From an uncultured Clostridia bacterium (GTDB taxonomy: Bacteria; Bacillota; Clostridia; TANB77; CAG-508), in the NCBI GenBank assembly GCA_944386195.1, contig CALXAD010000002.1, positions 12,946-76,945 on the forward strand: a stretch of 64,000 nucleotides of DNA. The letters run 5' to 3'. The notes under the pieces were generated by a model that was not told the DNA's origin, ran no database searches, and saw only the letters and a list, made by a program, of their open reading frames with translations. How positions within the stretch are numbered: position 1 is the stretch's first letter; the number at the start of each line of letters is the position of its first letter. Both the position numbers and the translations under genes were made by a program. Positions 1 to 10,457 of the stretch are shown in pieces.

Positions 1-343
1 ATACAGTTTGTAAAGTATCTCCACCAAGAAGACCTCCAACTATAGTCATTACTAAAGACATCATTGTAACAATAAAGAAGCAGTTAAATAAAATATAAGC
101 ATTTTTACTATCTTCTTTTGAAACAAAATGAGCTAATAGCATACCATTTATTTTTCCTACAATAAATGTTTCTAAGACATATGCAATAATAAATGTTACA
201 GGGAAAGCTATTAAACAAGTTTTAATAGAATTTAAATTAAAACCTCCTAAATGAATAGAAATATTTAATAATCCCATAAAAAATACCATTATTAGGCACA
301 TACAAATTCCAAAAATAATTCCTTCTTTTTTGTTTGTTGGCAT
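1..343 (-). CDS. integral membrane protein (DUF2798-like), 3' end cut by window edge
   Basis: Minus-strand frame open from ATG at 343 to base 1. AAGGAGGA (complement of 351-358) lies upstream. Hydrophobic translation MPTNKKEGIIFGICMCLIMVFF... Confidence 0.5.
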   Translation of the reverse strand, partial: MPTNKKEGIIFGICMCLIMVFFMGLLNISIHLGGFNLNSIKTCLIAFPVTFIIAYVLETFIVGKINGMLLAHFVSKEDSKNAYILFNCFFIVTMMSLVMTIVGGLLGGDTLQTV

Positions 344-483
344 TTTTAAATCCTCCTTTCAAAAATTTTAAAATTTTATATTTAATGGTCTAATTTTGCC
401 CCAAAAATTATTATACCATTTTTTTGAAATCCATGTAATAGTTTTTTTTAAAATTTTTCAAAAAATTTTAAAAAATAAAAAAA

Positions 484-509
484 CTCTAGTACTAAAATTA
501 GTACTAGAG
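484..509 (-). terminator. rho-independent terminator after the 538..858 gene
   Basis: Perfect 10-bp stem CTCTAGTACT/AGTACTAGAG (484-493 / 500-509) with a 6-nt loop, followed on the minus strand by a T-run (complement of 470-483). Confidence 0.6.
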
Positions 510-537
510 GAAGATAAGTTATACAAACAGATAAAAA

Positions 538-858
538 TTAAAAACAATAAGTCATTCTTATATTTGGATAAGAAGTTGGCATAGTTGAATTTTTAGTTTT
601 TTCTGTTTTTATAACTTTAGCAGGGTTGTCATCTTGTACAGGTTCCATATATGAGCTTGAAATGATATTAGAATTCTTTTTTAAATAGAATTCTGCAATA
701 TCACGAGGAACAGTTAAAGTTTTACTGTTAGCTGTTCCATAAGACATGCATTTACCATTGAGCTCAACATCTGGCAAATTAGTACCTTTGACAGATACCT
801 TAACAATGATAGGCTCTTCAAGGCACTCCTGTGCAACTTCATCTGTTTTTCCACACAT
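538..858 (-). CDS. hypothetical protein
   Basis: 106-aa ORF with a terminator downstream. No family recognised. Confidence 0.4.
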   Translation of the reverse strand: MCGKTDEVAQECLEEPIIVKVSVKGTNLPDVELNGKCMSYGTANSKTLTVPRDIAEFYLKKNSNIISSSYMEPVQDDNPAKVIKTEKTKNSTMPTSYPNIRMTYCF

Positions 859-1099
859 TTTAAGTCCTTTCGGATTTATAAATACCTGCTAATTAGTAAA
901 AACTTTTATGTTTTTACTTTACTTAAATAGTAACAATTGCTACTATTTAATAAAATAACAAAAGCATTTGCTCTTGTATTTAATATTATAGCATGTATTT
1001 ACATAAAATTCAAATAAAATATATATTTCCTTTGGAAAAATATGCTTGTATTTTTAACTAAATTATAGTAAAATGTAAAAGAAAAAAGAGGTAAAATTT

Positions 1100-1549
1100 A
1101 TGTATTCAATAGAAGAATTTGATAGAGAAAAAACAAAAGTATTAAAATATATATTATATAAAAAAAGAAGTGAACAAGAAGTAAGAACAAAATTTTCTAA
1201 AACAATGGATGAAAACTTATTAGAAGATATAATAGAATATTTAAAAGAAGCAGGATATATTAATGATAAAGAATTTATTGAAAAAACAGTTAATAATTAT
1301 ATAGCTTTAAAAAATTTATCAATAAGAGAAATAAAATATAAGTTACAGGCAAAAGGATTAAATAAAAGTGATATAGAAGATTATATTTATGAAAATAAAG
1401 AAGAATTAGAAGAATATGAAACAAAATCTGCATCAAATATATTTTATAAAAAATCACTTTCAATGGATGAAGAAGAAATAAAACAATTTTTATTAAAAAA
1501 AGGTTATAAAATGGAAAATATAAATAAAGCAATAAGAGATGAGGAGTAG
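1100..1549 (+). CDS. recX: recombination regulator RecX
   Basis: 149-aa helical-repeat protein with RecX-like repeats (..EDIIEYLKEAGYINDKEFIEK.., ..KYKLQAKGLNKSDIEDYI..). RBS AAGAGG upstream. Confidence 0.75.
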   Translation: MYSIEEFDREKTKVLKYILYKKRSEQEVRTKFSKTMDENLLEDIIEYLKEAGYINDKEFIEKTVNNYIALKNLSIREIKYKLQAKGLNKSDIEDYIYENKEELEEYETKSASNIFYKKSLSMDEEEIKQFLLKKGYKMENINKAIRDEE

Positions 1550-1553
1550 AAAT

Positions 1554-2306
1554 ATGTCAATACTTACATTAGAAACAAAAAAATATGCAATTAAGATAGA
1601 TAATTTTGAAGGTCCACTTGATTTATTATGTCATTTAATAGACAAAAATCAAATGAATATATATGATATAAATTTAAGTGAAATAACAGACCAATATATA
1701 GAATATTTAAAAGAACAAGAAAAATTAAATTTAGAGATAGCAAGTGAATTTTTAGTAATGGCATCAACGCTTTTATATTTAAAATCGAAAAAACTACTTC
1801 CAAAGCAAGAAGAAGAGGAAGAAGAAATAACAGAAGAAGAATTAATTAGAAGAATTATAGAATATAAAAAGTTTAAAGAAATTAGCAAAAAATTTAAAGA
1901 AAATTATTTAGAATACTCAAAAAGATATTTCAAAGCACCAGAAGAAATTGAACTTCCAAAACAAAAATTGGAAAAAGACTATGATAAAGATGTAATACCT
2001 AAAATGTATAGTAATGTTATAGAAAAAAATAAAGATAAAATAAATGAAAATGCAAAAAATATAGAAAAAATAGCAATAAGAGATAATTATACAGTTGCAA
2101 GTAAAGTAAAAGAAATGTTTAAAATATTAGTAAAACAGAAAAGATTTATATTTAATAAAATATTTTCATTAAAAAAACGCAATAAACAAGAAGTAGTAAC
2201 AGCATTTTCAGGATTGTTAGAATTATCAAGAAGAAATAAAGTAAAAACAGACCAGGAAGAATTATTTGGTGATATACTAGTAGAAAAAAATAAAAAAACT
2301 AGTTAA
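1554..2306 (+). CDS. scpA: segregation and condensation protein A
   Basis: N-terminus ..FEGPLDLLCHLIDKNQMNIYDINLSEITDQYIEYL.. and C-terminus ..VVTAFSGLLELSRRNKV.. are typical ScpA. The internal ATG at 1554 follows GAGGAG. Confidence 0.85.
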   Translation: MSILTLETKKYAIKIDNFEGPLDLLCHLIDKNQMNIYDINLSEITDQYIEYLKEQEKLNLEIASEFLVMASTLLYLKSKKLLPKQEEEEEEITEEELIRRIIEYKKFKEISKKFKENYLEYSKRYFKAPEEIELPKQKLEKDYDKDVIPKMYSNVIEKNKDKINENAKNIEKIAIRDNYTVASKVKEMFKILVKQKRFIFNKIFSLKKRNKQEVVTAFSGLLELSRRNKVKTDQEELFGDILVEKNKKTS

Positions 2307-2308
2307 AT

Positions 2309-2986
2309 ATGTTTAAAAAAGAAATTTTTGGAAAAACTAATATTAAATCCTCTAAAAGGAGGGCGAAAATATTGGTTTTTCTTTTTATTTTTTTATTTAT
2401 AATAATTGTATTATTTTTATCTTCAAAAATAGTAATAGAAATAAAAGATGTTAGTTATTTATCAGGAAAATCTAAGCATACAAAAAAAGAAGATAGCTTA
2501 AAAATTAAATTATGTATTTTAAATAAAATACCAATTTTTAGTATAAAAGTTACAAAAAGATTAATAAAAAAATTAAAACTAGAAGAAAAGTTTAAGAAAA
2601 TAGATATAAATAATATAGAAGAAGACAAAAATATATTTCGTAAAATATTAGAAATCACTAAAACAAATAGTTTACAAATAGAAAAATTAAATTTGAAAAT
2701 AGAATTAGGAACAGAAAATGCAGCATTAACAGCAATTATAATTCCAATAATAGGTACAATCATATCAATGCTAATAAGAAGAAAAGTTGAAGATTTTAAA
2801 AAACAGAATTTTCAAATAAAGCCAATATATAATAATCAAAATATACTAAATATAGCATTATCAGGTATATTCCAAATAAAAATGATACATATTATAAATA
2901 TAATATATATCTTAAATAAAAAAGAAGGAGTGAAGAATTATGAGCGAACATCCAATAGAAGGACTTATGGTTACAGCTATGAATAG
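2309..2986 (+). CDS. DUF2953 / YtfI-like sporulation membrane protein
   Basis: N-terminal TM segment and Lys-rich body. Sits immediately upstream of, and overlaps, the ytfJ-like gene, as in the B. subtilis ytfI-ytfJ pair. Confidence 0.5.
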   Translation: MFKKEIFGKTNIKSSKRRAKILVFLFIFLFIIIVLFLSSKIVIEIKDVSYLSGKSKHTKKEDSLKIKLCILNKIPIFSIKVTKRLIKKLKLEEKFKKIDINNIEEDKNIFRKILEITKTNSLQIEKLNLKIELGTENAALTAIIIPIIGTIISMLIRRKVEDFKKQNFQIKPIYNNQNILNIALSGIFQIKMIHIINIIYILNKKEGVKNYERTSNRRTYGYSYE

Positions 2987-3554
2987 CATCCAAGATATGA
3001 TAGATGTAAACACTATTATAGGAGAACCAATAGAAACTTCAAATAATGTGGTAATAATACCAATATCAAAAGTTTCATTTGGATTTGCAGCAGGAGGAAG
3101 TGAATTTAAAGGAGAGACTGTAGACGAATATAGTAAAAAAGATAAAGAAGAGGAAATACAATATAGATTACCATTTGGTGGAGGTTCAGGAGCAGGAGTT
3201 ACAATAAATCCGATAGCGTTTTTGGTAATTCAATCTAATAATGTAAAACTAATGCCAATAAACCATTCATCTTCATTAGATAAATTATTAGATTATATTC
3301 CAGATATATTAGAAAAAACTAATAATATAATGAATAGGTGCATACAAAATAAAAAAGAGGAAACATCGAAAATATTAAAAGAAATGCAAAAAAAGGAACA
3401 AAAACAAAATAAGAATAAAGAGAAAACAGAAGAAAAATTAGAAGAAAAAATAGACAAAGTAACAGAAAAAGCAAATCAAATGAAAACAAATGAAGATAGT
3501 AAAGATGATGAAACATATGAATTTGAATATGATGAAACACTAGAAGATGAATGA
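2940..3554 (+). CDS. ytfJ: GerW/YtfJ family sporulation protein
   Basis: Motifs PISKVSFGFAAGGSEF and LPFGGGSGAGVTINPIAFLVI. Confidence 0.8.
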   Translation: MSEHPIEGLMVTAMNSIQDMIDVNTIIGEPIETSNNVVIIPISKVSFGFAAGGSEFKGETVDEYSKKDKEEEIQYRLPFGGGSGAGVTINPIAFLVIQSNNVKLMPINHSSSLDKLLDYIPDILEKTNNIMNRCIQNKKEETSKILKEMQKKEQKQNKNKEKTEEKLEEKIDKVTEKANQMKTNEDSKDDETYEFEYDETLEDE

Positions 3555-3565
3555 GAATTTTAGGG

Positions 3566-3612
3566 ACGGAGCTTTTTTGTCTCATTTTGTAAAATGAGAC
3601 AAAAAACTCCGT
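3566..3612. terminator. long bidirectional terminator hairpin between convergent genes
   Basis: ACGGAG(C)TTTTTTGTCTCATTTT / AAAATGAGACAAAAAACTCCGT stem of about 22 bp with one bulged C. T-runs on both strands. Confidence 0.7.
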
Positions 3613-3621
3613 TTTCTTCAT

Positions 3622-4851
3622 CTCAACTTCTTAATAAGTCTACCCATGAATAATATATTCTTTTGGCAATTGAAAATAAGCCTACTTTACCAACATCGTC
3701 TTTGGCAACTATGTCTACAGTAGTTAATGGTTCACCATTTATAGTAAATACAACTTCGCCGAAGTTTTTGACCTTTTTTTATTGGTGCTTGAACATTTTC
3801 TTCTAAAGATATAGTTTGTTCAACTTCTTTTTCTTTACCTTTTTCTATAAGTGTACCACAGTTTTCACTTAAAACAGCGTCAACTGTTTTAGAACTTCCT
3901 TTATTAACGTTTAGAGTTTTTACTAAATCATCTTTTTTACCAAATTCTTTGAAAGAAAATGTATTAAATCCATAATCTAGTAATTTAGCCGCTTCTTCAA
4001 ATCTTATTTTAGTAGTTGGAGCCTTCATTATAACGGCAATTAAAGATAAGCCATCTCTTGTTGCACTAGCTGATAAATTATATAAAGCAAGTGAAGTTGA
4101 ACCTGTTTTTAAGCCTGTTGCACCTTTATATGTTTTTATAAGTTTATTAGTATTAGATAATTGTGACTTACCATCACGTAATGTATCCATCCAAATTGTT
4201 GTGTATTTAGTAATACTTGGGTGATTGTTTAAAAGTTCTCTTGACATTAAAGCTATATCATAACTAGATGTTACATGTCCGTCTTCATCTAATCCATGGC
4301 AATTTTTAAATGTTGTATCATTCATTCCGAGTTCTTTGGCTTTATCATTCATCATTTGAACAAAAGCTTCCTCGGAACCTGCAAGATATTCTGCCATTGC
4401 AACAACACAATCATTTGCAGAATTTACACATATTGCTTTTAACATATCATCAACTGATAAGGTTTCTCTAGGGTCAAGCCATATTTGAGAGCCACCCATG
4501 GATGCAGCATTTTCACTACAAGGTATTTGGTCTGTTAAACTAATTTTTCCGGCTATCTAATGCTTCCATTATTAATAAAATACTCATTACTTTAGTAACT
4601 GAAGCAGGACGTAATTGTTCATGGATATTATGTGCATATAAAATTTTTCCTGTTGTTTGTTCTATTAAAATAGCAGAACCTGATTCTAGGTTAAGAGAGT
4701 TATTTTCTTGAATTTCTTCTTGTGAAAGTGCAGAAGTTTCTTGAGATTCAGACCAGATGTAATCTAAGCTAGCACAAAAGCAAGGAAAAGTAAGAAAAAG
4801 GCATATAGAAAAAATAAGAAGTAAACTTATAAATAATTTTAAATTTCGCAT
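3622..4851 (-). CDS. D-alanyl-D-alanine carboxypeptidase (S11), interrupted at two in-frame CGG codons (pipelines would call a pseudogene)
   Basis: Signal peptide, SVTK (SxxK), SAND (SxN) and KTGST motifs. The frame is restored by skipping the C of CGG at 4549-4551 and at 3759-3761. The C-terminal ..LGEVVFTINGEPLTTVDIVAKDDVGK.. then reads through to the TGA at 3622-3624. Confidence 0.8.
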
Positions 4852-4921
4852 AAAAATCCCTCCAATTGATATTAAAATATATTCAATCTATATTTTAAAT
4901 ATTCAAAAAGAGGGAGAAAAA

Positions 4922-5651
4922 TTACACTTCTTTAATATTTACTATACTTATTGTAACACTTTTATTATCTGTTGAAGCTTTAATTTTTATATCATTTCCT
5001 GAATTGTTTATAAATTTTAAATCATAACTACCATAAGCAACAGCTGCATCTTTTCCTTTTTTTACATATGGGACATAATTACTGTGTGCATGTCTTTCTG
5101 TTACTTTTAAAGAAGATACTTCAAGTATAGCATTATACAATGTACTACTTACTTGACAGTTTCCACCTCCGAAGTCCTTTAGTTTTATTTCCATCATGGT
5201 CGTAAACATCCGCTTCTTGATATCCTTTTGCTGATGTTGCTTTACCTACAGTATTACAAAATGAAAAAGTAGCTCCATTTTTTACAGTTGTATTATTTAA
5301 AGTATTACATGTTATTTTTATATTGTTTTGCCTTGCTGGATCATTAGAATATATTTTTGTTGAAAATGTTGAAAGTGTTTCTTCTTTATATTCTTTCTTT
5401 TCTTGCTTAGTTTCATTTGTAGTTTGATTTTGAGAAGCATTTGTTTCATTATTTGAATTATTTTCTTCAGGTTCAGTATTATCAGTAGTATAAGAGACAT
5501 TATTGCTATTGTTTTCATTAGTAGAGGTTTTTTGAGCTTCATAATTTCCATTATTATCATTATTATTAAAGTTAAAATAAATAGCAAACCCAACTGTAAT
5601 AATTAGTAATATACCTAATATTATCCATATTTTATTTTTCACATTAATCAC
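4922..5651 (-). CDS. VanW family protein, interrupted at one in-frame CGG
   Basis: N-terminal TM segment and Asn-rich linker. Skipping the C of CGG at 5169-5171 restores the VanW signature ..KGLGGGNCQVSSTLYNAILE.. Confidence 0.75.
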
Positions 5652-5821
5652 CTTTCTTTATTTTAACCAATTATAATTTTTTTATAAAATAAAAAATATA
5701 TAAAATTTGGAAAAGTTAAAAATAAGCTAAATATCTTAATAAAAAAAGAATTTAAAATAATTGACTTTTTTATAAAATAAAAGTATAATTAATATGTAGT
5801 ATAAAAAAGGGAGAAAAAAAT

Positions 5822-6001
5822 ATGCTAGCAAAATATTGGAAAAAAATAGGAATGTTAATATTAATAATAGCATGTGTATTTAATGTAATGAGTAAATTAG
5901 TGCATAAATTATCATTAAATAAAGAAATGTTATACTCAGCAGAATACATGTTAGAACAACAAGACGAAAATCAAACTCAGGAAGAAAATCAAACAAATTA
6001 A
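5822..6001 (+). CDS. small membrane protein (59 aa)
   Basis: ATG at 5822 preceded by GGGAGAAAAA. One hydrophobic helix (IGMLILIIACVFNV). Below the ORF-track cutoff. Confidence 0.3.
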   Translation: MLAKYWKKIGMLILIIACVFNVMSKLVHKLSLNKEMLYSAEYMLEQQDENQTQEENQTN

Positions 6002-6080
6002 ATAAAAAGCTTGAAAAACATTTAAAAATATGTTATTATAAAAAACAGTCATGTTATTAAATTAAAGAGAGGTGAACAAA

Positions 6081-6281
6081 ATGAAAAAGGATATACAACC
6101 AGAATACAATCAAACAACTATTACTTGTGCATGTGGAAATGTTCTAGAAGTAGGTTCAACTAAAAAAGATATAAAAGTAGATGTATGTTCAAAATGCCAC
6201 CCATTCTGGACAGGAAACTTAAGACAAGAAACAGTTGGTGGAAGAGCAGACAGATTTAAAAAGAAATATGGTCTTGAATAA
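6081..6281 (+). CDS. rpmE: 50S ribosomal protein L31
   Basis: [20 protein letters not shown]...[10 protein letters not shown], the Zn-ribbon type L31. RBS GAGAGGTG upstream. Confidence 0.9.
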   Translation: MKKDIQPEYNQTTITCACGNVLEVGSTKKDIKVDVCSKCHPFWTGNLRQETVGGRADRFKKKYGLE

Positions 6282-6382
6282 TAAAGATAAAGAAAGTAGA
6301 GTAAAATATTACTCTATTTTTTTGTTTTTCTTGCAAAATAAGCAAAAATATAATAAAATAAGCAGGTAAACGGAGGTAGAAA

Positions 6383-7801
6383 ATGAATACAACAAACGAC
6401 GTAAAAAAACAAGAAGAATATATGGAAAAAGTAAAAGGAGTAAATAAAGGTAAAAATTTAAAATATAATATCTTAACAATGGGATGTCAATTAAATGAAA
6501 ATGACAGTGAAAAAATATGTGGAATGCTTGAAAAAATGGGATATGTAAAAACAGAAAATGTAAAAGAAGCAGATATTGCATTATTTAATACGTGTTGTGT
6601 AAGAGAAAACGCAGAAGAAAGATTATTTGGAAAAGTAGGAGAACTAAAAAAATTAAAAGAAGAAAAAGGAATAATAATTGCAATTGGTGGCTGTATGATG
6701 CAAGAAAAACATATAACAGATAAAATAAAACAAAGCTATCCATACGTAGATATAATTTTTGGAACACATACATTATACAAATTCCCTGAAGATTTATATA
6801 AAGCATTAGAGGAAAAAAGAAAAATAGAAGATGTAATAGATGTAGATGGTGAAATTTATGAGGGATTACCAATAAAAAGAGATAGCAAAATAAAAGCATC
6901 TGTAACAATAATGAATGGATGTAATAATTTTTGCTCATTTTGCATAGTTCCATATGTACGTGGAAGAGAAAGAAGTAGAAGTCCACGTGATATTATAAAT
7001 GAAATAAGAGAATTAGCAAAAGAAGGATATAAAGAAATAACATTACTTGGTCAAAATGTAAATTCATATTTAAGAGTAGAAAGAGAAAAAAGTATTCCAT
7101 TTGAAGAATATGAAAGAGTACATTCATTTGCAACATTACTTGAAGCAATAAATAAAATAGATGGAATAGAAAGAATACGTTTTGTATCACCACATCCTAA
7201 GGATTTTACAGATGATGTAATAGATGCAATTGCAAAATGTGATAAGGTATGTAAATTAATTCATTTACCTCTTCAATCAGGAAATACAAGAGTATTAAAA
7301 GTAATGAATAGAAAATACACAAAAGAACAATTCTTAGATTTGGTAGATAAAATGAAAGCAAGAATTCCAAACTTAACATTATCAACTGATATAATAGTAG
7401 GATTCCCAGGAGAAACAGAAGAAGAATTTGAAGATACATTAGATGTAGTAAAAAAAGTGAATTTTGAACAAGTATATATGTTCATATATTCAAGAAGAGT
7501 AGGTACACCAGGAGATAGAATGAAAGACCAAATACCGGAAGAAGTAAAACATGAAAGATTTAATAGATTAAAAGAATTAGTAGAAAGTGGTATAGAAGAA
7601 AACAATAAAAAATATATAGGAACATATCAGAAAGTATTAGTAGAAGGAGAAAGCAAAAATAATAAAGATATGTTAACTGGAAGAACAGATAGTAACAAAG
7701 TCGTTGTATTTGAAGGAAGCAAAGATTTAATAAATAAAATTGTAGACCTAAAAATAGTATCAGAACATATGTGGTATTTAAAAGGAAAAATAGATGAATA
7801 A
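6383..7801 (+). CDS. miaB: tRNA-i6A37 methylthiotransferase MiaB
   Basis: UPF0004 N-domain (TMGCQLNENDSE), radical-SAM CNNFCSFC motif and a TRAM-like C-terminus. Confidence 0.9.
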   Translation: MNTTNDVKKQEEYMEKVKGVNKGKNLKYNILTMGCQLNENDSEKICGMLEKMGYVKTENVKEADIALFNTCCVRENAEERLFGKVGELKKLKEEKGIIIAIGGCMMQEKHITDKIKQSYPYVDIIFGTHTLYKFPEDLYKALEEKRKIEDVIDVDGEIYEGLPIKRDSKIKASVTIMNGCNNFCSFCIVPYVRGRERSRSPRDIINEIRELAKEGYKEITLLGQNVNSYLRVEREKSIPFEEYERVHSFATLLEAINKIDGIERIRFVSPHPKDFTDDVIDAIAKCDKVCKLIHLPLQSGNTRVLKVMNRKYTKEQFLDLVDKMKARIPNLTLSTDIIVGFPGETEEEFEDTLDVVKKVNFEQVYMFIYSRRVGTPGDRMKDQIPEEVKHERFNRLKELVESGIEENNKKYIGTYQKVLVEGESKNNKDMLTGRTDSNKVVVFEGSKDLINKIVDLKIVSEHMWYLKGKIDE

Positions 7802-7821
7802 TAAGAAGGGAAGAATATAAT

Positions 7822-10437
7822 ATGGCAGAATATTCACCAATGATGCAAAGATATTTGGAAACAAAAAAAGAATATCAAGATTGTATCTTGTTTTATCGTT
7901 TAGGAGATTTTTATGAAATGTTTTTTGATGATGCAATAACAGCATCAAGAGAACTAGAACTTACTTTAACAGGAAAAGATTGTGGACAAGAAGAAAGAGC
8001 ACCAATGTGCGGAGTTCCACATCATGCAGCAGAAATATATATATCAAGATTAATAGCAAAAGGATATAAAGTAGCAATTTGTGAGCAATTAGAAGACCCA
8101 AAGAAAGCAAAAGGGATAGTAAAAAGAGGTGTAATAAGAGTAGTAACTCCTGGAACTGTAGTAGATAGTAATATGCTAGAAGAAAGAAAAAATAATTATA
8201 TAATGTCTATCTATAAAACAGGAATTTATTATGGAATTAGTATATGTGATATATCAACAGGAGAGTTTTATTCGGCAGAAATAAAGGATAATTATAATTT
8301 CCCAATGTTATTAGATGAACTAGCAAGATATACACCTAGTGAATTAGTAGTAAACTCTATGATGGCAGATTGCAAAGAAGAAATGGACAAAATAAAAGAG
8401 CGTTTTGAAAATGTTTATGTAACAAGATTTAATGATAAATTCTTTAATGACGAACTAAATAATATAAATTTAAGATTTAATATAGTAGATAATAATGGTA
8501 AGAAAATAGAAGACATTTCTGATAAAAAATTAGCTATAAGCTCAATAAATGCATTAATAGAATATATAGAAGAGACTCAAAAGACATCTTTAGACCATAT
8601 AAATAAAATAACAATTTATCAAATATCAAAATATATGTCATTAGATATTAATGCAAGAAGGAACTTAGAGATAACAGAAAAAATGAGAGATAAATCTAAA
8701 AAAGGAACTCTCCTTTGGGTATTAGATAAAACAGCAACATCTATGGGAGGAAGATTACTTAGAAGGTGGCTAAATGACCCATTAATAGATGTAAAAGAAA
8801 TAAACCAAAGATTAGATGCAGTAGAAGAGTTAAAAGACAATTTGATTTTAAGAGGAGATATAATAGAAAACTTAAAAAAAGTATATGACATAGAAAGATT
8901 AGCAGGTAAAATGGCATATGGAAATGCTAATGCAAGAGATATGGTAACATTAAAAAATTCACTATGTAAATTACCTGAAGTAAAGAAAATATTAGAAAAT
9001 TGTAAATCAGATTTATTAAAATCTTTATATGAAAGATTAGATGAATTACAAGATATTTATGAATTAATTGATAAATCAATAGTAGACGACCCACCAATGG
9101 TAATAAAAGAAGGTGGAATAATAAAATTAGGATTTGATGAAGAGATTGATAAATTAAAAACAGCACAAACAGAAGGGAAAAATTGGCTTGTTAAATTAGA
9201 AGCAGAAGAAAAAGAAAAAACAGGAATTAAAAATTTAAAAATAGGTTTTAATAAAGTATTTGGTTATTATTTAGAAGTAACAAAATCTTATTTAAATCAA
9301 GTTCCAGAAAGATATATAAGAAAACAAACATTAACAAATGCAGAAAGATATATAACAGAGGAATTAAAAAATCTAGAAAATCAAATATTAGGTGCAGAAG
9401 AAAGAGTAGTTAACTTAGAATATGAAGCTTTTATACAAATAAGAGGAGAAATTGCTAAAAATGTTAAAAGACTTCAAACAACAAGTGAAGTAATTTCTAC
9501 ATTAGATGTACTTACATCATTTGCACAAGTAGCAGAAGATATGAATTATTGTAAGCCAAATGTTAATAATGATGGTACTCTAAATATTAAAAATGGACGT
9601 CATCCAGTAATCGAAAAAATATTAGGTGCAGGTGAATTTGTAGAAAATGATACATATTTAGATAATAACGAAAACAGACTAGCAATTATAACAGGACCTA
9701 ATATGGCAGGTAAATCAACATATATGAGACAAGTTGCTTTAATTACATTAATGGCACAAGTTGGAAGTTTTGTACCAGCAGAAAGTGCAGATATTGGCGT
9801 AGTTGATAAAATATTTACAAGAGTAGGAGCATCTGATGATTTAAGTATGGGACAAAGTACATTTATGGTAGAAATGATGGAAGTTGCAACTATTTTGAAA
9901 GAAGCAACTAAAAATAGTTTAGTAATCTTGGATGAAATAGGAAGAGGAACTTCAACATATGACGGTTTATCAATTGCATGGGCAGTTGCTGAATATATAG
10001 CAGATAAAGAAAAATGTGGAGCAAAAACATTATTTGCAACACATTATCATGAATTAACAGAGCTTGAAGAAAAATTAGAGGGAGTAAAGAATTATTCTAT
10101 AGCAGTAAAAGAGAAAGGAGAGGATATAATTTTCTTACGAAAGATAGTAAGAGGTGGAACAGATGAAAGTTATGGAATCCATGTTGCAAGACTTGCAGGT
10201 GTTCCAAAAGTTGTAACAAATAGAGCAAATGAAATACTACGTTCTATAGAAAGAAAAAATGTTTTAACAGGTAAAAAACAAGAGAAAAAAGATAAAAAAC
10301 AAGTAGAAGGGCAATTTGATATGTATAACTATAAATTAGCAGAAATTGCTCATGAAATAGATAAAATTAATTTAGATGAATTAACACCAATTGATGCTTT
10401 AAATACTTTATCTAAAATAAAGGAAAAAATGAAATAA
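7822..10437 (+). CDS. mutS: DNA mismatch repair protein MutS
   Basis: N-terminal PMMQRYLETKKEY..FYRLGDFYEMFFDDA, Walker A GPNMAGKST, and DEIGRGTSTYDGLSIAWA. Confidence 0.95.
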   Translation: MAEYSPMMQRYLETKKEYQDCILFYRLGDFYEMFFDDAITASRELELTLTGKDCGQEERAPMCGVPHHAAEIYISRLIAKGYKVAICEQLEDPKKAKGIVKRGVIRVVTPGTVVDSNMLEERKNNYIMSIYKTGIYYGISICDISTGEFYSAEIKDNYNFPMLLDELARYTPSELVVNSMMADCKEEMDKIKERFENVYVTRFNDKFFNDELNNINLRFNIVDNNGKKIEDISDKKLAISSINALIEYIEETQKTSLDHINKITIYQISKYMSLDINARRNLEITEKMRDKSKKGTLLWVLDKTATSMGGRLLRRWLNDPLIDVKEINQRLDAVEELKDNLILRGDIIENLKKVYDIERLAGKMAYGNANARDMVTLKNSLCKLPEVKKILENCKSDLLKSLYERLDELQDIYELIDKSIVDDPPMVIKEGGIIKLGFDEEIDKLKTAQTEGKNWLVKLEAEEKEKTGIKNLKIGFNKVFGYYLEVTKSYLNQVPERYIRKQTLTNAERYITEELKNLENQILGAEERVVNLEYEAFIQIRGEIAKNVKRLQTTSEVISTLDVLTSFAQVAEDMNYCKPNVNNDGTLNIKNGRHPVIEKILGAGEFVENDTYLDNNENRLAIITGPNMAGKSTYMRQVALITLMAQVGSFVPAESADIGVVDKIFTRVGASDDLSMGQSTFMVEMMEVATILKEATKNSLVILDEIGRGTSTYDGLSIAWAVAEYIADKEKCGAKTLFATHYHELTELEEKLEGVKNYSIAVKEKGEDIIFLRKIVRGGTDESYGIHVARLAGVPKVVTNRANEILRSIERKNVLTGKKQEKKDKKQVEGQFDMYNYKLAEIAHEIDKINLDELTPIDALNTLSKIKEKMK

Positions 10438-10457
10438 AATAAGGAAGGAAGATAATT

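Noticed and set aside
396-584. 62-aa + strand ORF in the intergenic region
   Set aside because: The sequence is low-complexity Lys/Ile/Phe, spans the terminator hairpin at 484-509, and has no RBS.
6309-7605. Numerous minus-strand track ORFs nested in + strand genes (for example 6585..6986, 8927..9166, 11335..11946, 31170..31481, 53337..53534), plus + strand ORFs nested in minus-strand genes (for example 12256..12456 and 15061..15369)
   Set aside because: Their Leu/Phe/Tyr/His-rich translations are what the antisense of purine-rich AT-biased coding DNA produces. Each lies wholly inside a gene with clear homology or context.
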